Shown here one piece after another: positions 26,926 to 35,582 of a stretch of 64,000 nucleotides of DNA; the stretch's first letter is position 1; the number at the start of each line of letters is the position of its first letter. The notes under the pieces are model-generated. The model was given only the letters and a program-made list of their open reading frames with translations, made no database searches and was not told where the DNA came from. The position numbers and the translations under genes are program-made. Source of the DNA: Pelagibius sp. (lineage in GTDB: Bacteria > Pseudomonadota > Alphaproteobacteria > Kiloniellales > Kiloniellaceae). The stretch is taken from NCBI RefSeq assembly GCF_028281305.1, contig NZ_JANQKD010000023.1, positions 139,598 through 203,597 of the forward strand. Reading direction: 5' to 3'.

Positions 26926-27409
26926 GTCTCGGTACAAGGATCGAAATCCCGCGAGCCTGAAGGCAGCGGTGTCGGATCTGATCGAATCCTGCGGCGGCGG
27001 GCCCCGTGCCGCCGACGTGGCCCGGGTCGGGAAGGCCTCGCTGTTTCGATACACGGACGAGAGCGAGGACAACGCCAACTACCACATGCCCGCAGACGTG
27101 ATCCGTGCCCTGGAGACACACTGCGGGCAGCCCATCGTGACCCGCTTCCTGGCCGCCGAGGCCGGCGCGGTTCTGCTGACCCTGCCGCGCGAGGGCGGTC
27201 TGGACGGGGATTGGTCAGTTCGGCTTGCCGCCCTGGCCAAAGATAGTTCCGACATCTTTGCCAAGTTCGGCGAGATCCTCGCCGACGGAATGATCACGCC
27301 GCGCGAAGCCGGGGAGGTGATCCAGGAAGTCGACAAGGCCATGGCCCATCTCGGCCAGATCCGGGCCGTCATGCGTTCGATTGCAGACCAGGAGGGCCGG
27401 GGCAGATGA
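26918..27409 (+). CDS. Phage regulatory CII-family protein
   Basis: N-terminal HTH, MPADVIRALETHCGQPIVTRFLA, C-terminal DGMITPREAGEVIQEV. Confidence 0.8.
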   Translation: MAKSRYKDRNPASLKAAVSDLIESCGGGPRAADVARVGKASLFRYTDESEDNANYHMPADVIRALETHCGQPIVTRFLAAEAGAVLLTLPREGGLDGDWSVRLAALAKDSSDIFAKFGEILADGMITPREAGEVIQEVDKAMAHLGQIRAVMRSIADQEGRGR

Positions 27410-27441
27410 GTGCCGCGGCGAAAGTACCACCGGCAAGCGCG

Positions 27442-27948
27442 TTAGCGCGTTGCTGGGACCAGCATCTCCATGTCCACTTCAAGCGCGTTCGCCAGTTCGC
27501 TGAGGACGGGAACGGACAGGTTCGCCTTGCCGGACTCGACCTCGGAGAGGTGGCTCTTGCTGATGCCGATGCCCTTCGCCAGTTCGGTCTGTTTCAGTCC
27601 GCGGTAGACGCGCCAGACCTTCACAGCGTTCTCGCCGTCGAGAATGGCGTTGACCACCTCGGCGGGGAAGGTCTCCTCGTCGCGCGTCGCCTCGTAGGCC
27701 CGGCGGGACTTGTTGTCTTCGGCTGCCTCGACCAGTGCGTCAAAGTCTGCACGGGGCAGGGTGACTGTTTCAATGACGCGCGTTCCCTGGCGTGCTTGTT
27801 TGGAAATGGGCACAAATGCCTCGGTGTTTCTCGAGCTCTTGCTGATGGTCATCGCAGAACCCGCGATGGTCTTGACGTCGCGCGCCTTCGTGCTGCCGCT
27901 GCGCGCGGTGGCTGGTTTGCTCGAACGTCCGCTGCGAGACTTCTTCAT
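27442..27948 (-). CDS. HigA-like XRE antitoxin
   Basis: ETFPAEVVNAILDGENAVKVWRVYRGLKQTELAKGIGISKSHLSEVESGK; downstream of a RelE-type toxin. Confidence 0.85.
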   Translation of the reverse strand: MKKSRSGRSSKPATARSGSTKARDVKTIAGSAMTISKSSRNTEAFVPISKQARQGTRVIETVTLPRADFDALVEAAEDNKSRRAYEATRDEETFPAEVVNAILDGENAVKVWRVYRGLKQTELAKGIGISKSHLSEVESGKANLSVPVLSELANALEVDMEMLVPATR

Positions 27949-28007
27949 CCTTCTTCCTCCTCCTTCACAGATCTTCCGTATCGCCTGTTATCTCTGCACC
28001 TCCGTAT

Positions 28008-28283
28008 TCATCGGTATGCGCTGCCGCGCGGCTCGATTTCAAATACTTCGACGGTTCCTGTGTCGCGGTCGATGGTCATGGAGACCCGTCGTTCCCCGAC
28101 CCGAAGCCTGAACCCGTTCTTCATACCCTGCAAGGGTTTGAGGTTCGGGTGGTGGCCGAAGGGGTCCTTCGCCACCGCTTCGATGGCCGCCCTGATGGCT
28201 TCCGCCCTATTTCTCGGCATGCGGATCAGACGCTTCGCCGGGGTCTTTTTGTACGTCAAGTCCATGTCGAAATGTTCGCTCAT
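28008..28283 (-). CDS. RelE/HigB family toxin
   Basis: NLKPLQGMKNGFRLRVGERRV...IEPRGSAYR; toxin-first order. Confidence 0.88.
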   Translation of the reverse strand: MSEHFDMDLTYKKTPAKRLIRMPRNRAEAIRAAIEAVAKDPFGHHPNLKPLQGMKNGFRLRVGERRVSMTIDRDTGTVEVFEIEPRGSAYR

Positions 28284-28285
28284 AT

Positions 28286-28327
28286 CGAACTTTTTTGCAA
28301 GAATAAAGTTCGGTCACGGCGAACTTT
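28286..28327. promoter_or_regulatory. Putative TA autoregulatory operator
   Basis: Palindrome AAAGTTCG-N7-CGAACTTT (28305-28327) plus an extra CGAACTTT half site at 28286, just upstream of the toxin. Confidence 0.5.
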
Positions 28328-28346
28328 TGCGGCTCGAGGAGTTCAC

Positions 28347-29333
28347 GTGACCCGGCGCGGCAGCCAGCAGTTCACCGACTTCTTTGTCCGCGAAGTGCGG
28401 GAGCGCACCCGGATCGTCCACCTGATCGGGCGGGACGTACCGCTGACGCGGCGGGGCGGGCGGCACTGGGGGCTTTGCCCCTTCCACCAGGAGAAGACGG
28501 CGTCCTTCACGGTCAGCGAAGAGCGCGGCTCCTACAAGTGCTACGGCTGCGGCGCGCGGGGTGACGCCATCGACTGGCTGAAGGACCACCACGGCTTGGC
28601 CTTTCGCGAGGCGGTCGCCGAGCTTGCGGTGCAGGCGGGCCTGATCGCCGACCGAGAGGGGCGGACGCTGCCGCGCAAGCCGCCGGTACCGCGCAAGAGC
28701 GAGGAGGAAGCCTCCCAGGACCGGGCGCGGTCCATCGCCTGGGCACGCAGCCGCTTCGCCGAAAGCCGACCCGCCGCCGGGACCTGGGTCGAGCGCTACC
28801 TGCGGCGGCGCGGGATCACCATTCCTATCCCGCCGACCATCCGCTTCCATCCCGGGCTGAAGCACAAGGGTACGGGGCTGATCTTTCCTGCCATGGTCGC
28901 AGCGGTCCAGGACGGCCAGGGCCGCATCACCGGCATCCACCGGACCTTCCTGCAGCCCGGCGGTCTCGACAAGGCCAATGTCTGCGACCCCAAACAGATG
29001 GCCGGTGCCTGCTGGGGCGGCTGCGTGCGCCTCGGCCCGGTAGAGCGCGAGTTGCCGATGGGCGAGGGGATCGAAACCTCTCTTTCCGTTCAGCAGGCCA
29101 TTAAGCGCAGCTGCTGGGCGGCGCTTTCGGTCGGCGGCATGGGCGCAGCCGTCCTGCCGCGGAAGGTCGAGGGCGTCATCCTCTGCGGCGAGCGGGACGT
29201 GAAGGATCAGGCTGCCTACGACGCACAGATCGAGGGCGCGGCCCGCTGGCACCACGACCACGGTCGCTGGGTGCGCATCGCTTGGCCCGGCGAGGGCCAG
29301 GACTTCAACGACATGCACCGGGAGCAGGCCTGA
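28347..29333 (+). CDS. DNA primase (CHC2 zinc finger + Toprim)
   Basis: GLCPFHQEKTASF, CYGCGARGDAIDW, GIHRTFL, GEGIETSLS, DFNDM; GTG behind GAGGAG. Confidence 0.88.
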   Translation: MTRRGSQQFTDFFVREVRERTRIVHLIGRDVPLTRRGGRHWGLCPFHQEKTASFTVSEERGSYKCYGCGARGDAIDWLKDHHGLAFREAVAELAVQAGLIADREGRTLPRKPPVPRKSEEEASQDRARSIAWARSRFAESRPAAGTWVERYLRRRGITIPIPPTIRFHPGLKHKGTGLIFPAMVAAVQDGQGRITGIHRTFLQPGGLDKANVCDPKQMAGACWGGCVRLGPVERELPMGEGIETSLSVQQAIKRSCWAALSVGGMGAAVLPRKVEGVILCGERDVKDQAAYDAQIEGAARWHHDHGRWVRIAWPGEGQDFNDMHREQA

Positions 29334-29923
29334 TGCAGAAGCTGCTCCGACTCGTCGTCATCTCGGTCTGCCTGAGCTTCTCCACGGCGGCTTCCGCCTG
29401 GACCTGCATGGAGGACCCGGAGAATTTCAAACTCGACCACTGCCGCGCGCCCAGAGCCTTCCGGCGTGCGGTCCGGCGGCGGCCCGAACTCTCGATGCGC
29501 AGGCACAAGGCCGCGCAGGTGGAGATGGGCCGGCTCGACGAGGCCAGGGCCGTCAACAGGCGCGTCAACCGTTCGATGATCTACACGCCCGAGGCGGTCG
29601 ACGACTGGCTTTCTGGCAGCGACTGCGACGACTATGCGCGGCAGAAGCTGCTCGATCTTCTCGACCGGGACTTCCCGCGCGGGGCGCTGCGGCTGGCCAT
29701 GGGGCGCACGCCCGAAGGCGTCTACCACCTCGTCCTTCTGGTGGATGCCGCCGACGGCCAAACCCTGGTCCTCGACAACCGCAACGACCACGCCCTGCCG
29801 ATTGAACACAGCAACGTGACGTTCCTGCTCTGGCAGAGCCCCGGGACCGATCTGTGGCAACGCGCCGAGGCCAAGCCGCTCGACTTCGGCGGCGTCTGGG
29901 CAGCCAGCACGGGGACGCGGTGA
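29333..29923 (+). CDS. Secreted transglutaminase-like cysteine protease (BTLCP/LapG-like, C93), copy 1
   Basis: Signal peptide ending ASA-W; VNRRVN, SDCDDYA (Cys), ALRLA, HLVLLV (His), VLDN (Asp). Confidence 0.82.
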   Translation: MQKLLRLVVISVCLSFSTAASAWTCMEDPENFKLDHCRAPRAFRRAVRRRPELSMRRHKAAQVEMGRLDEARAVNRRVNRSMIYTPEAVDDWLSGSDCDDYARQKLLDLLDRDFPRGALRLAMGRTPEGVYHLVLLVDAADGQTLVLDNRNDHALPIEHSNVTFLLWQSPGTDLWQRAEAKPLDFGGVWAASTGTR

Positions 29924-29961
29924 TGGGAGCGAGGCGGAGCGGGCCACAGAAAGGAGATTGC

Positions 29962-30318
29962 ATGACTCAGACACAGGAACTCTCCCCGCAGCCCAGACTG
30001 CGGTTTCCACAGGGCGTCCGGCGTCGGCGTCCTGTGATGATTACCGCGCACTGGGAACGCTACTGGTACGGCGGGGAGCGCTGCGCGCTGATGGTGCTGC
30101 CGCAGTCGTGGATCGCGGTGGTGCCACGCCGCGCGACCATCACGGGCAAGCGGATCTGGCTGATCGTGGTCGGCGAGACCTACCGCAATACGGCGCCCCT
30201 CCGCTTTCTGGCGGTCAGCCGTCGCGGGGTGCGGGACACGGTGCGCGAGGCGCAGCGCCGGCTCGGCTGGGACCTGGTCCTCTCCCCTTGGGGCGAGTTG
30301 CCGGGAGCGCTGCTGTGA
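29962..30318 (+). CDS. Hypothetical phage protein
   Basis: ATG behind AGGAG; in the early rightward operon. Confidence 0.55.
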   Translation: MTQTQELSPQPRLRFPQGVRRRRPVMITAHWERYWYGGERCALMVLPQSWIAVVPRRATITGKRIWLIVVGETYRNTAPLRFLAVSRRGVRDTVREAQRRLGWDLVLSPWGELPGALL

Positions 30319-30563
30319 ACCCCCGGGTGAAGCGTGCGCGGATCCCGGCGGCGGCCCTGGCGGCCCAGTCCTCCTCGGGCCGCTGCAATTCCCGGCGGGT
30401 CGATCCGCTGCCAACGCCAGGCGCGTACCGCTATTGCGACGACCGCGCGAGCGTGAAGACGCGACACTGTCTCTCCTGCCGCGAGCCCTTCCGTTCCGTG
30501 AATGCCGGCAACCGGATCTGCAGCGGTTGCATCGCCCGGGTGAGCAAGCAGGTCGAGGGCTGA
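30315..30563 (+). CDS. Small Zn-finger protein
   Basis: RHCLSCREPFRSVNAGNRICSGC. Confidence 0.65.
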   Translation: MNPRVKRARIPAAALAAQSSSGRCNSRRVDPLPTPGAYRYCDDRASVKTRHCLSCREPFRSVNAGNRICSGCIARVSKQVEG

Positions 30564-30565
30564 CG

Positions 30566-31963
30566 ATGGCGGTCAGGCTTCTCGTCGGCGATGCCCTGGA
30601 GCACCTTCGAACGCTGGCGGATGAAAGCGTCGACAGCTGCATTTGCTCGCCGCCCTACTGGGGCCTCCGCGATTACGGCGTCGAGGGACAGATGGGCCTG
30701 GAGGCGAGCCTTGGCGAACACCTGGAGGCCATGGTGGGGGTCTTCGCTGAGGTCCACCGGGTCCTCAAGCCGGGGGGCGTGCTGTGGCTGAACTACGGCG
30801 ACTGCTATGCGGCCGAGCCCAACGGACGCTCCGCAGCGGAGACCAAGGCCAAGGGGGGCGACGACCGCACGTTCCGCGACAAGCCGATGAAGACCACGGG
30901 GCCGATACATCCGCCGGTTGCCGGCAAGCCCTTCGAGACACCGAAGGGCGCAGGCCGCCGGGGCGGCGGCAAGAATGCTGCGGGGCCGGTCTTCGATGCC
31001 GACTACCGCCAGCGCACGACCGGGGGGTTGCATCTGGCTCGGCGGGAGGACGTCAAGGGGCGGGTGGTGGCCGGGGGATACCTTAAGCCCGGGGACCTCT
31101 GCATGGTCCCGAACCGGCTGGCCATTGCCCTGCAGGAATGGGGGTGGTGGGTCAAGGCGGAGTGCGTCTGGGCCAAGCCTAACGCCATGCCGGATTCTTC
31201 CGGGGTCAGCCGTCCGGCGACGGCACACGAGAAAATCTTCATGCTGACCAAGTCGGACCGGGTGAACCTTTGGCGGGCACGGGATACGGGCGAGATCTCC
31301 TACGATCCGGATCACAGCGAGATGGCGGTGATGAAGTCGACCAAGGATCAACGGCTCGGCAAGCGCTGGATCGCTATGCGCCATCACTACGATGCCGAGG
31401 CGGTGCGGGTCCCGGCAGACCCGGAGAGCCTGGCACGCTACGAGCGGGGCCGCTCCGACGACCACAAGTGGGCCGACGGCGGCCCGGGCGGACAGACCAT
31501 CGCGCGAAGTTTTCGCGGCATGCGGCAACCGAAAGACAAGCAACGGGGTCACGCGCGAGAGCATGCGGGCTTCAAGGAGCGCTGGGACCAGATGACCCGC
31601 GAGGAGCAGCAGGCCAACGGTCGCCTGCTGCGCAATTACGAGCCCGCCCCGCCCGTGGTCTGGGAGATGCCGACGGCGTCCTTCGCCGAGGCGCACTATG
31701 CGACCTTCCCGCCTGAGCTTGTGGAGCGCTGCATCCGGGCGGGCTGCCCGATGGGCGGGACGGTGCTGGACCCCTTCGGAGGGGCGGGCACAACAGGTTT
31801 GGTGGCGGAGGCCATGGGACGGAACGCGATCCTGATCGAACTGCATCCGGATTATGCCCGCATGGCCCGGCGGCGTATCCGGACCGGCCTGGGGCGGGTC
31901 GAGGCAGACCTGCCTGATGACGGACCCGAGGGGCTGCCCCTCTTCGGCGGGGCGTCGCGGTGA
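30566..31963 (+). CDS. Orphan DNA methyltransferase (N4-C/N6-A, beta class)
   Basis: SPPYWGLRDY motif IV precedes VLDPFGGAGTT motif I; HYATFPPELVERCI; no restriction endonuclease nearby. Confidence 0.92.
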   Translation: MAVRLLVGDALEHLRTLADESVDSCICSPPYWGLRDYGVEGQMGLEASLGEHLEAMVGVFAEVHRVLKPGGVLWLNYGDCYAAEPNGRSAAETKAKGGDDRTFRDKPMKTTGPIHPPVAGKPFETPKGAGRRGGGKNAAGPVFDADYRQRTTGGLHLARREDVKGRVVAGGYLKPGDLCMVPNRLAIALQEWGWWVKAECVWAKPNAMPDSSGVSRPATAHEKIFMLTKSDRVNLWRARDTGEISYDPDHSEMAVMKSTKDQRLGKRWIAMRHHYDAEAVRVPADPESLARYERGRSDDHKWADGGPGGQTIARSFRGMRQPKDKQRGHAREHAGFKERWDQMTREEQQANGRLLRNYEPAPPVVWEMPTASFAEAHYATFPPELVERCIRAGCPMGGTVLDPFGGAGTTGLVAEAMGRNAILIELHPDYARMARRRIRTGLGRVEADLPDDGPEGLPLFGGASR

Positions 31964-32042
31964 TGGGGGCGCAATCTTTGCGCCCTAATCCGCATTTCGG
32001 CGGCGGGCTATCCAGGGGCGACAGGGTGATGAAGGGACGGGC

Positions 32043-32339
32043 ATGAGCCGAGCAGCGCGAGACGGCGCCAGGGAACGCCAGCAAGCAGCGCACGCGAAGC
32101 GTGGCCACGCTTCAAATCCGCCGCGCGCCGCCGCCTCGCCGCCGCCTGAGCCGAAGGCCGAGCGCTGCGGGATCTGCGGCGGTCGCGGCACCTACGGCTA
32201 TTTCGGCAAGCCCTACTGCGGCGATCACCTGCCGGACGACTTCTGGAACGTGAAGCGCAGGGCGGAAGGCGAGCCGGTGCCGGAGCGCACAGTATCGCCA
32301 CCGCGGCGGCAAGGGCCGGACCAGGGGTGCCTGTTCTGA
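32043..32339 (+). CDS. Hypothetical protein with CxxC...CxxH motif
   Basis: RCGICGG...PYCGDH; stop overlaps the helicase start. Confidence 0.55.
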   Translation: MSRAARDGARERQQAAHAKRGHASNPPRAAASPPPEPKAERCGICGGRGTYGYFGKPYCGDHLPDDFWNVKRRAEGEPVPERTVSPPRRQGPDQGCLF

Positions 32340-33889
32340 TGCCCGGTCAGGCAAACCCATCCGGCGAGGCGGGTATCCGCGACGCCATCGACCAAGCGGA
32401 AGTCGTGGAGTTCCCGCAGGGCGGCGGCGACGGCGATTCGCTCAACCTTGCCTGCGCCTATCTGCCGAAGAACGACGTCGGCAACGCCAAGCGGCTGATC
32501 AAGCGCTACGGGCCGGACCTGACCTATGTGGAAGGGATCGGCTGGTTCTGCTGGGAAGGTACGCACTGGGATGGCGAGCGCGGCGACCTGGAAGCGCAAC
32601 TGCGGGCCCACTGGACGGCGGGCGATGTCAAAGAAGAAGCGGAGGCCATTGTCGATGATGGCCCGTTCGAGGATGAGGCCGACAAGGATTTTCAGGAGCG
32701 GGTCGCGAAGCATCGGTCCTGGGGTGTGGGCTCCGGCAACTCGAACCGCATTCACTCGATGCTGCGCGAGTCCGTGCCCTACCTCGCTCGGCGTCTGGAG
32801 GACATGGACGCGGACGCCTTCCTCTTCAACGTCCAGAACGGGACGCTGCACCTCGGGCCGGCGGGCGACGACACCGAGGGCGTGTGGCTGAAGCCCCACG
32901 ACCGCGCCGACCGCATCAGCAAGGTCGCGCCGGTTGCCTTTAAGGCGGCGGCGGACGCGCCGATTTTTCAGGCCTTCCTGCAGCGCATCCTGCCGGACCC
33001 GGAGATCCGTGGCTTCGTGCAGCGGTGGTTTGGCTACTGCCTGACAGCGGACACCTCGGAACAGGCGCTGGTGCTGTTCCACGGCCAGGGGGCCAACGGA
33101 AAGTCGACCCTTATCGAGGTGGTGTCCTGGATCATGGGCCGCTATGGGCTGGCGCTGCCCTTTGCCTCGCTGCTGCACGACGACAAGCGGCGCGGCTCCG
33201 AGGCGACGCCGGATATCGCCCGGCTGCCAGGCGCGCGGCTTGTGAGCGCGAGCGAGCCCGAGATCGGCCAGCGCTTCTCCGAGTCGCTGCTGAAGTCGCT
33301 GACCGGTGGCGAGACCATCACGGCGCGGCACCTGAACCGCGACTTCTTCGAGTTCCAGCCCACCTTCAAACTGGTGCTGTCGTTCAACCACAAGCCCTCG
33401 GTGCGGGGTCAGGACGAAGGGATCTGGCGGCGGCTCCTGATGGTGCCTTTCGATGTCACCATCCCGGAGCCGGAGCGCGACCGTGCGCTGCTGTCGAAAC
33501 TGAAGGACGAAGGCAGTGGCATCCTGAACTGGCTGCTCGACGGCTTCCGGCTCTGGGTCGAAGGCGGACTGGCGGTGCCGGACGGGGTGCGGGCGGCGAC
33601 CGATGCCTACCGCAGCGAAAGCGATCCCGTCGGCCAGTTTCTCGCCTCGGCGACCAGGCACGACCCCGGTGCGACTGTGCAGGCCTCCCGCCTCTACAAG
33701 GCCTATGAACTCTGGTGCAAGGACAGCGCGGTCACGCCGCTCAAACAGACCGCCTTCGGCAAGACGCTGGGCGACCGCGGCTACAAGCGCTCGAAAATCG
33801 GGACCTACTACTACAGCGATCTGGCCTTGGAGCCGGGATACGATCCCGACCTCCAACAGCCGGGGGATCAACCTTATGGCGACGACTGA
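32339..33889 (+). CDS. P4/D5-family primase-helicase (D5_N + SF3 helicase)
   Basis: FNVQNGTL, Walker A GQGANGKST, LVSASE Walker B, LTGGETITAR, FNHKP, IWRRL. Confidence 0.93.
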   Translation: MPGQANPSGEAGIRDAIDQAEVVEFPQGGGDGDSLNLACAYLPKNDVGNAKRLIKRYGPDLTYVEGIGWFCWEGTHWDGERGDLEAQLRAHWTAGDVKEEAEAIVDDGPFEDEADKDFQERVAKHRSWGVGSGNSNRIHSMLRESVPYLARRLEDMDADAFLFNVQNGTLHLGPAGDDTEGVWLKPHDRADRISKVAPVAFKAAADAPIFQAFLQRILPDPEIRGFVQRWFGYCLTADTSEQALVLFHGQGANGKSTLIEVVSWIMGRYGLALPFASLLHDDKRRGSEATPDIARLPGARLVSASEPEIGQRFSESLLKSLTGGETITARHLNRDFFEFQPTFKLVLSFNHKPSVRGQDEGIWRRLLMVPFDVTIPEPERDRALLSKLKDEGSGILNWLLDGFRLWVEGGLAVPDGVRAATDAYRSESDPVGQFLASATRHDPGATVQASRLYKAYELWCKDSAVTPLKQTAFGKTLGDRGYKRSKIGTYYYSDLALEPGYDPDLQQPGDQPYGDD

Positions 33890-33895
33890 GGGCAT

Positions 33896-34147
33896 GGGAC
33901 GGATGTCCCCAACCGTCCCTACCGTCCCTAACCGTCCAGAAAAAAGGCGAGGGATATCATAGGGTTTGGACAGTTGGACGGTTTGGACGGTTTTCCACAC
34001 CGCATGAGGCGGGCGCGCGCGCTATGCGTAGGCCCTGAAAACGGTCCAACCGTCCAAGAACCATTGGAAGTCATTGAAACGCCAACTATCTGCCGAGCAG
34101 CAACCGTCCAGAAAACCGTCCATGGGAAGTCGCCTCCTTGGACAGCT
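33896..34147. repeat. Iteron cluster, probable replication origin
   Basis: About 11 copies of AACCGTCC(A/C) or its reverse TGGAC(G/A)GTT in direct and inverted blocks just after the helicase. Confidence 0.75.
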
Positions 34148-34181
34148 GTCCGGGTGAAACGAATGAGAACTTTGGCCTAGG

Positions 34182-34796
34182 GTGAAGATCATGCACAGGG
34201 AAGAAATCGATATCGAAAGGCTGCTGATCTGGACTTATCAGACCAAGGCGGCCGACAAGGTGGCCTCCCGCCTCAGCGGCATCGGGCCGGGGCCGGTCAC
34301 GACGAACGCACAGGGCTTGATGCACATGGCCGCGCTCGGCTGCCGCATCGATCGGTCTGGACCGGGTGTCCCGACAGCGGGTGCCCAGGATCTCGACCCA
34401 GATGCGGAGGCCGTGCATGAGGCGGTACTCGCCTTGCCCCAGTCGGATGGCGCACTGGTGTGGCGGCATGCGAAGACGGCCACGCGCCCGGACTTCATGC
34501 CGGGCGCTTCGACAAGGATGTGTCCCGTGCTCCGCGGCAATGGAAAACCGAAGATGGTTTACCGCGATAGGGCTTGTACCAAACCGTCTTACTGTCTCAT
34601 TGAGGCCGACCCACCGCAGGCGCGCATAGACTTCGTGCGCAGGACTTACAAGCAGTGGTGGGACGCGATGGCGGCGCTCGTCGAGACGCTGGTCATGCGG
34701 GCGTTCACGGTGACCGGCCCTTCGGCGCCGCGCGCGCCCTGGAAAGGAGAGCCCTTGACGAAGCAGAAAAAAGTTGACTACCTTTCGGCACAGTGA
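34182..34796 (+). CDS. Hypothetical protein at the Q (late regulator) position
   Basis: IDIERLLIWTY...DAEAVHEAV; last early gene before a promoter-terminator pair and the packaging genes. Confidence 0.6.
   Translation: MKIMHREEIDIERLLIWTYQTKAADKVASRLSGIGPGPVTTNAQGLMHMAALGCRIDRSGPGVPTAGAQDLDPDAEAVHEAVLALPQSDGALVWRHAKTATRPDFMPGASTRMCPVLRGNGKPKMVYRDRACTKPSYCLIEADPPQARIDFVRRTYKQWWDAMAALVETLVMRAFTVTGPSAPRAPWKGEPLTKQKKVDYLSAQ
34755..34784 (+). promoter_or_regulatory. Putative late promoter (pR'-like)
   Basis: TTGACG-N18-TACCTT overlapping the 3' end of the upstream gene. Confidence 0.4.
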
Positions 34797-34813
34797 AGTA
34801 GGTTCATCGACCG

Positions 34814-34850
34814 AAGCCCGCCCGACACCCGTCGCGGCGGGCTTTCTCTT
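34814..34850 (+). terminator. Intrinsic terminator (tR'-like)
   Basis: AAGCCCGCC-CGAC[ACCC]GTCG-C-GGCGGGCTT followed by TCTCTT. Confidence 0.6.
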
Positions 34851-34866
34851 GCGCGGAGCCAGCCAT

Positions 34867-35472
34867 GTGATTGACCTCTCGGTGCGCTCGAACATCAAAG
34901 AGCTCGAGCGCTACCTCACCCGTGTTCAACGCAGGCAACTACCCTTCGCGACGTCGCAGGCTTTGAATGGGACCATCTTCGCTGTGCGACGGCGCATCGT
35001 TGGGCGCACCTTCGGGGAGGCCTTCAAGATCCGCAACAAGCGGTTTCCCTCCGCAGCCATGCGGGTGAAGAAGGCGACCAAGAAGCGCTTGGAGGCGACG
35101 CTCTTTGATCGCCTGGGGCGGGACTATCTCCAGCGCCACACGACAGGGGGGACCAAGCGTCCCTTCACGGGGCGGCGATTGGCGGTCCCGACACGGAAGG
35201 TCAAGCGAACGGGGACGGGCAAGGTGCCACGGTCGCTGCAGCCGACGACGCTGCGGAACAAGCCGAACGTCTTCGTTGGCCGGTTCAAACGTCCGGAGGC
35301 TGGCCTCTGGCGGCGGACCAAGGCGGGGGTGCAACTGCTCTACACGATGCCGCAGACCGCGCGCATCGACCGAAGCTTCCGCTTCTATGAGGACGCCACC
35401 GGGGTGGTGAACCGACAGTTCAACCGCCGCTTCTTCGTGGCTCTGAAGCGGGCGCTGCGCACCGCAAGGTGA
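34867..35472 (+). CDS. Phage neck/tail completion protein (gpZ/HK97 gp10-like)
   Basis: QLPFATSQALN motif; very basic; first late gene. Confidence 0.6.
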   Translation: MIDLSVRSNIKELERYLTRVQRRQLPFATSQALNGTIFAVRRRIVGRTFGEAFKIRNKRFPSAAMRVKKATKKRLEATLFDRLGRDYLQRHTTGGTKRPFTGRRLAVPTRKVKRTGTGKVPRSLQPTTLRNKPNVFVGRFKRPEAGLWRRTKAGVQLLYTMPQTARIDRSFRFYEDATGVVNRQFNRRFFVALKRALRTAR

Positions 35473-35485
35473 CCGAGGGGCCGAT

Positions 35486-35531
35486 GGGTCCTTCCGGCGC
35501 GCAAACGGACACGGGGAACGCGCCACCGCGG
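35486..35531 (+). other. Putative lambda-like cosQ-cosN
   Basis: GGGTCCT (identical to lambda cosQ), then 21 nt, then ACG^GGGAACGCGCCA^CCGCGG resembling lambda ACG^GGGCGGCGACCT^CGCGG; directly upstream of terS. Confidence 0.6.
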
Positions 35532-35582
35532 AAGTGTTGAAACTGTCAGCGAAATCAGACCGTTAACTTTCCATTGGTGTTG

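Noticed and set aside
25696-27078. 460-aa CI as given in the ORF track
   Set aside because: The upstream extension overlaps cro and cII antisense; the HTH starts after about 26553
28260-28330. Alphaproteobacterial SOS box (GTTC-N7-GTTC)
   Set aside because: GTTC/GAAC words occur but as inverted pairs with the wrong spacing; better explained as the TA operator
33896-34147. Short repeats as a CRISPR array
   Set aside because: The repeats are 8-9 bp, in both orientations, irregularly spaced, with no cas genes; they fit iterons
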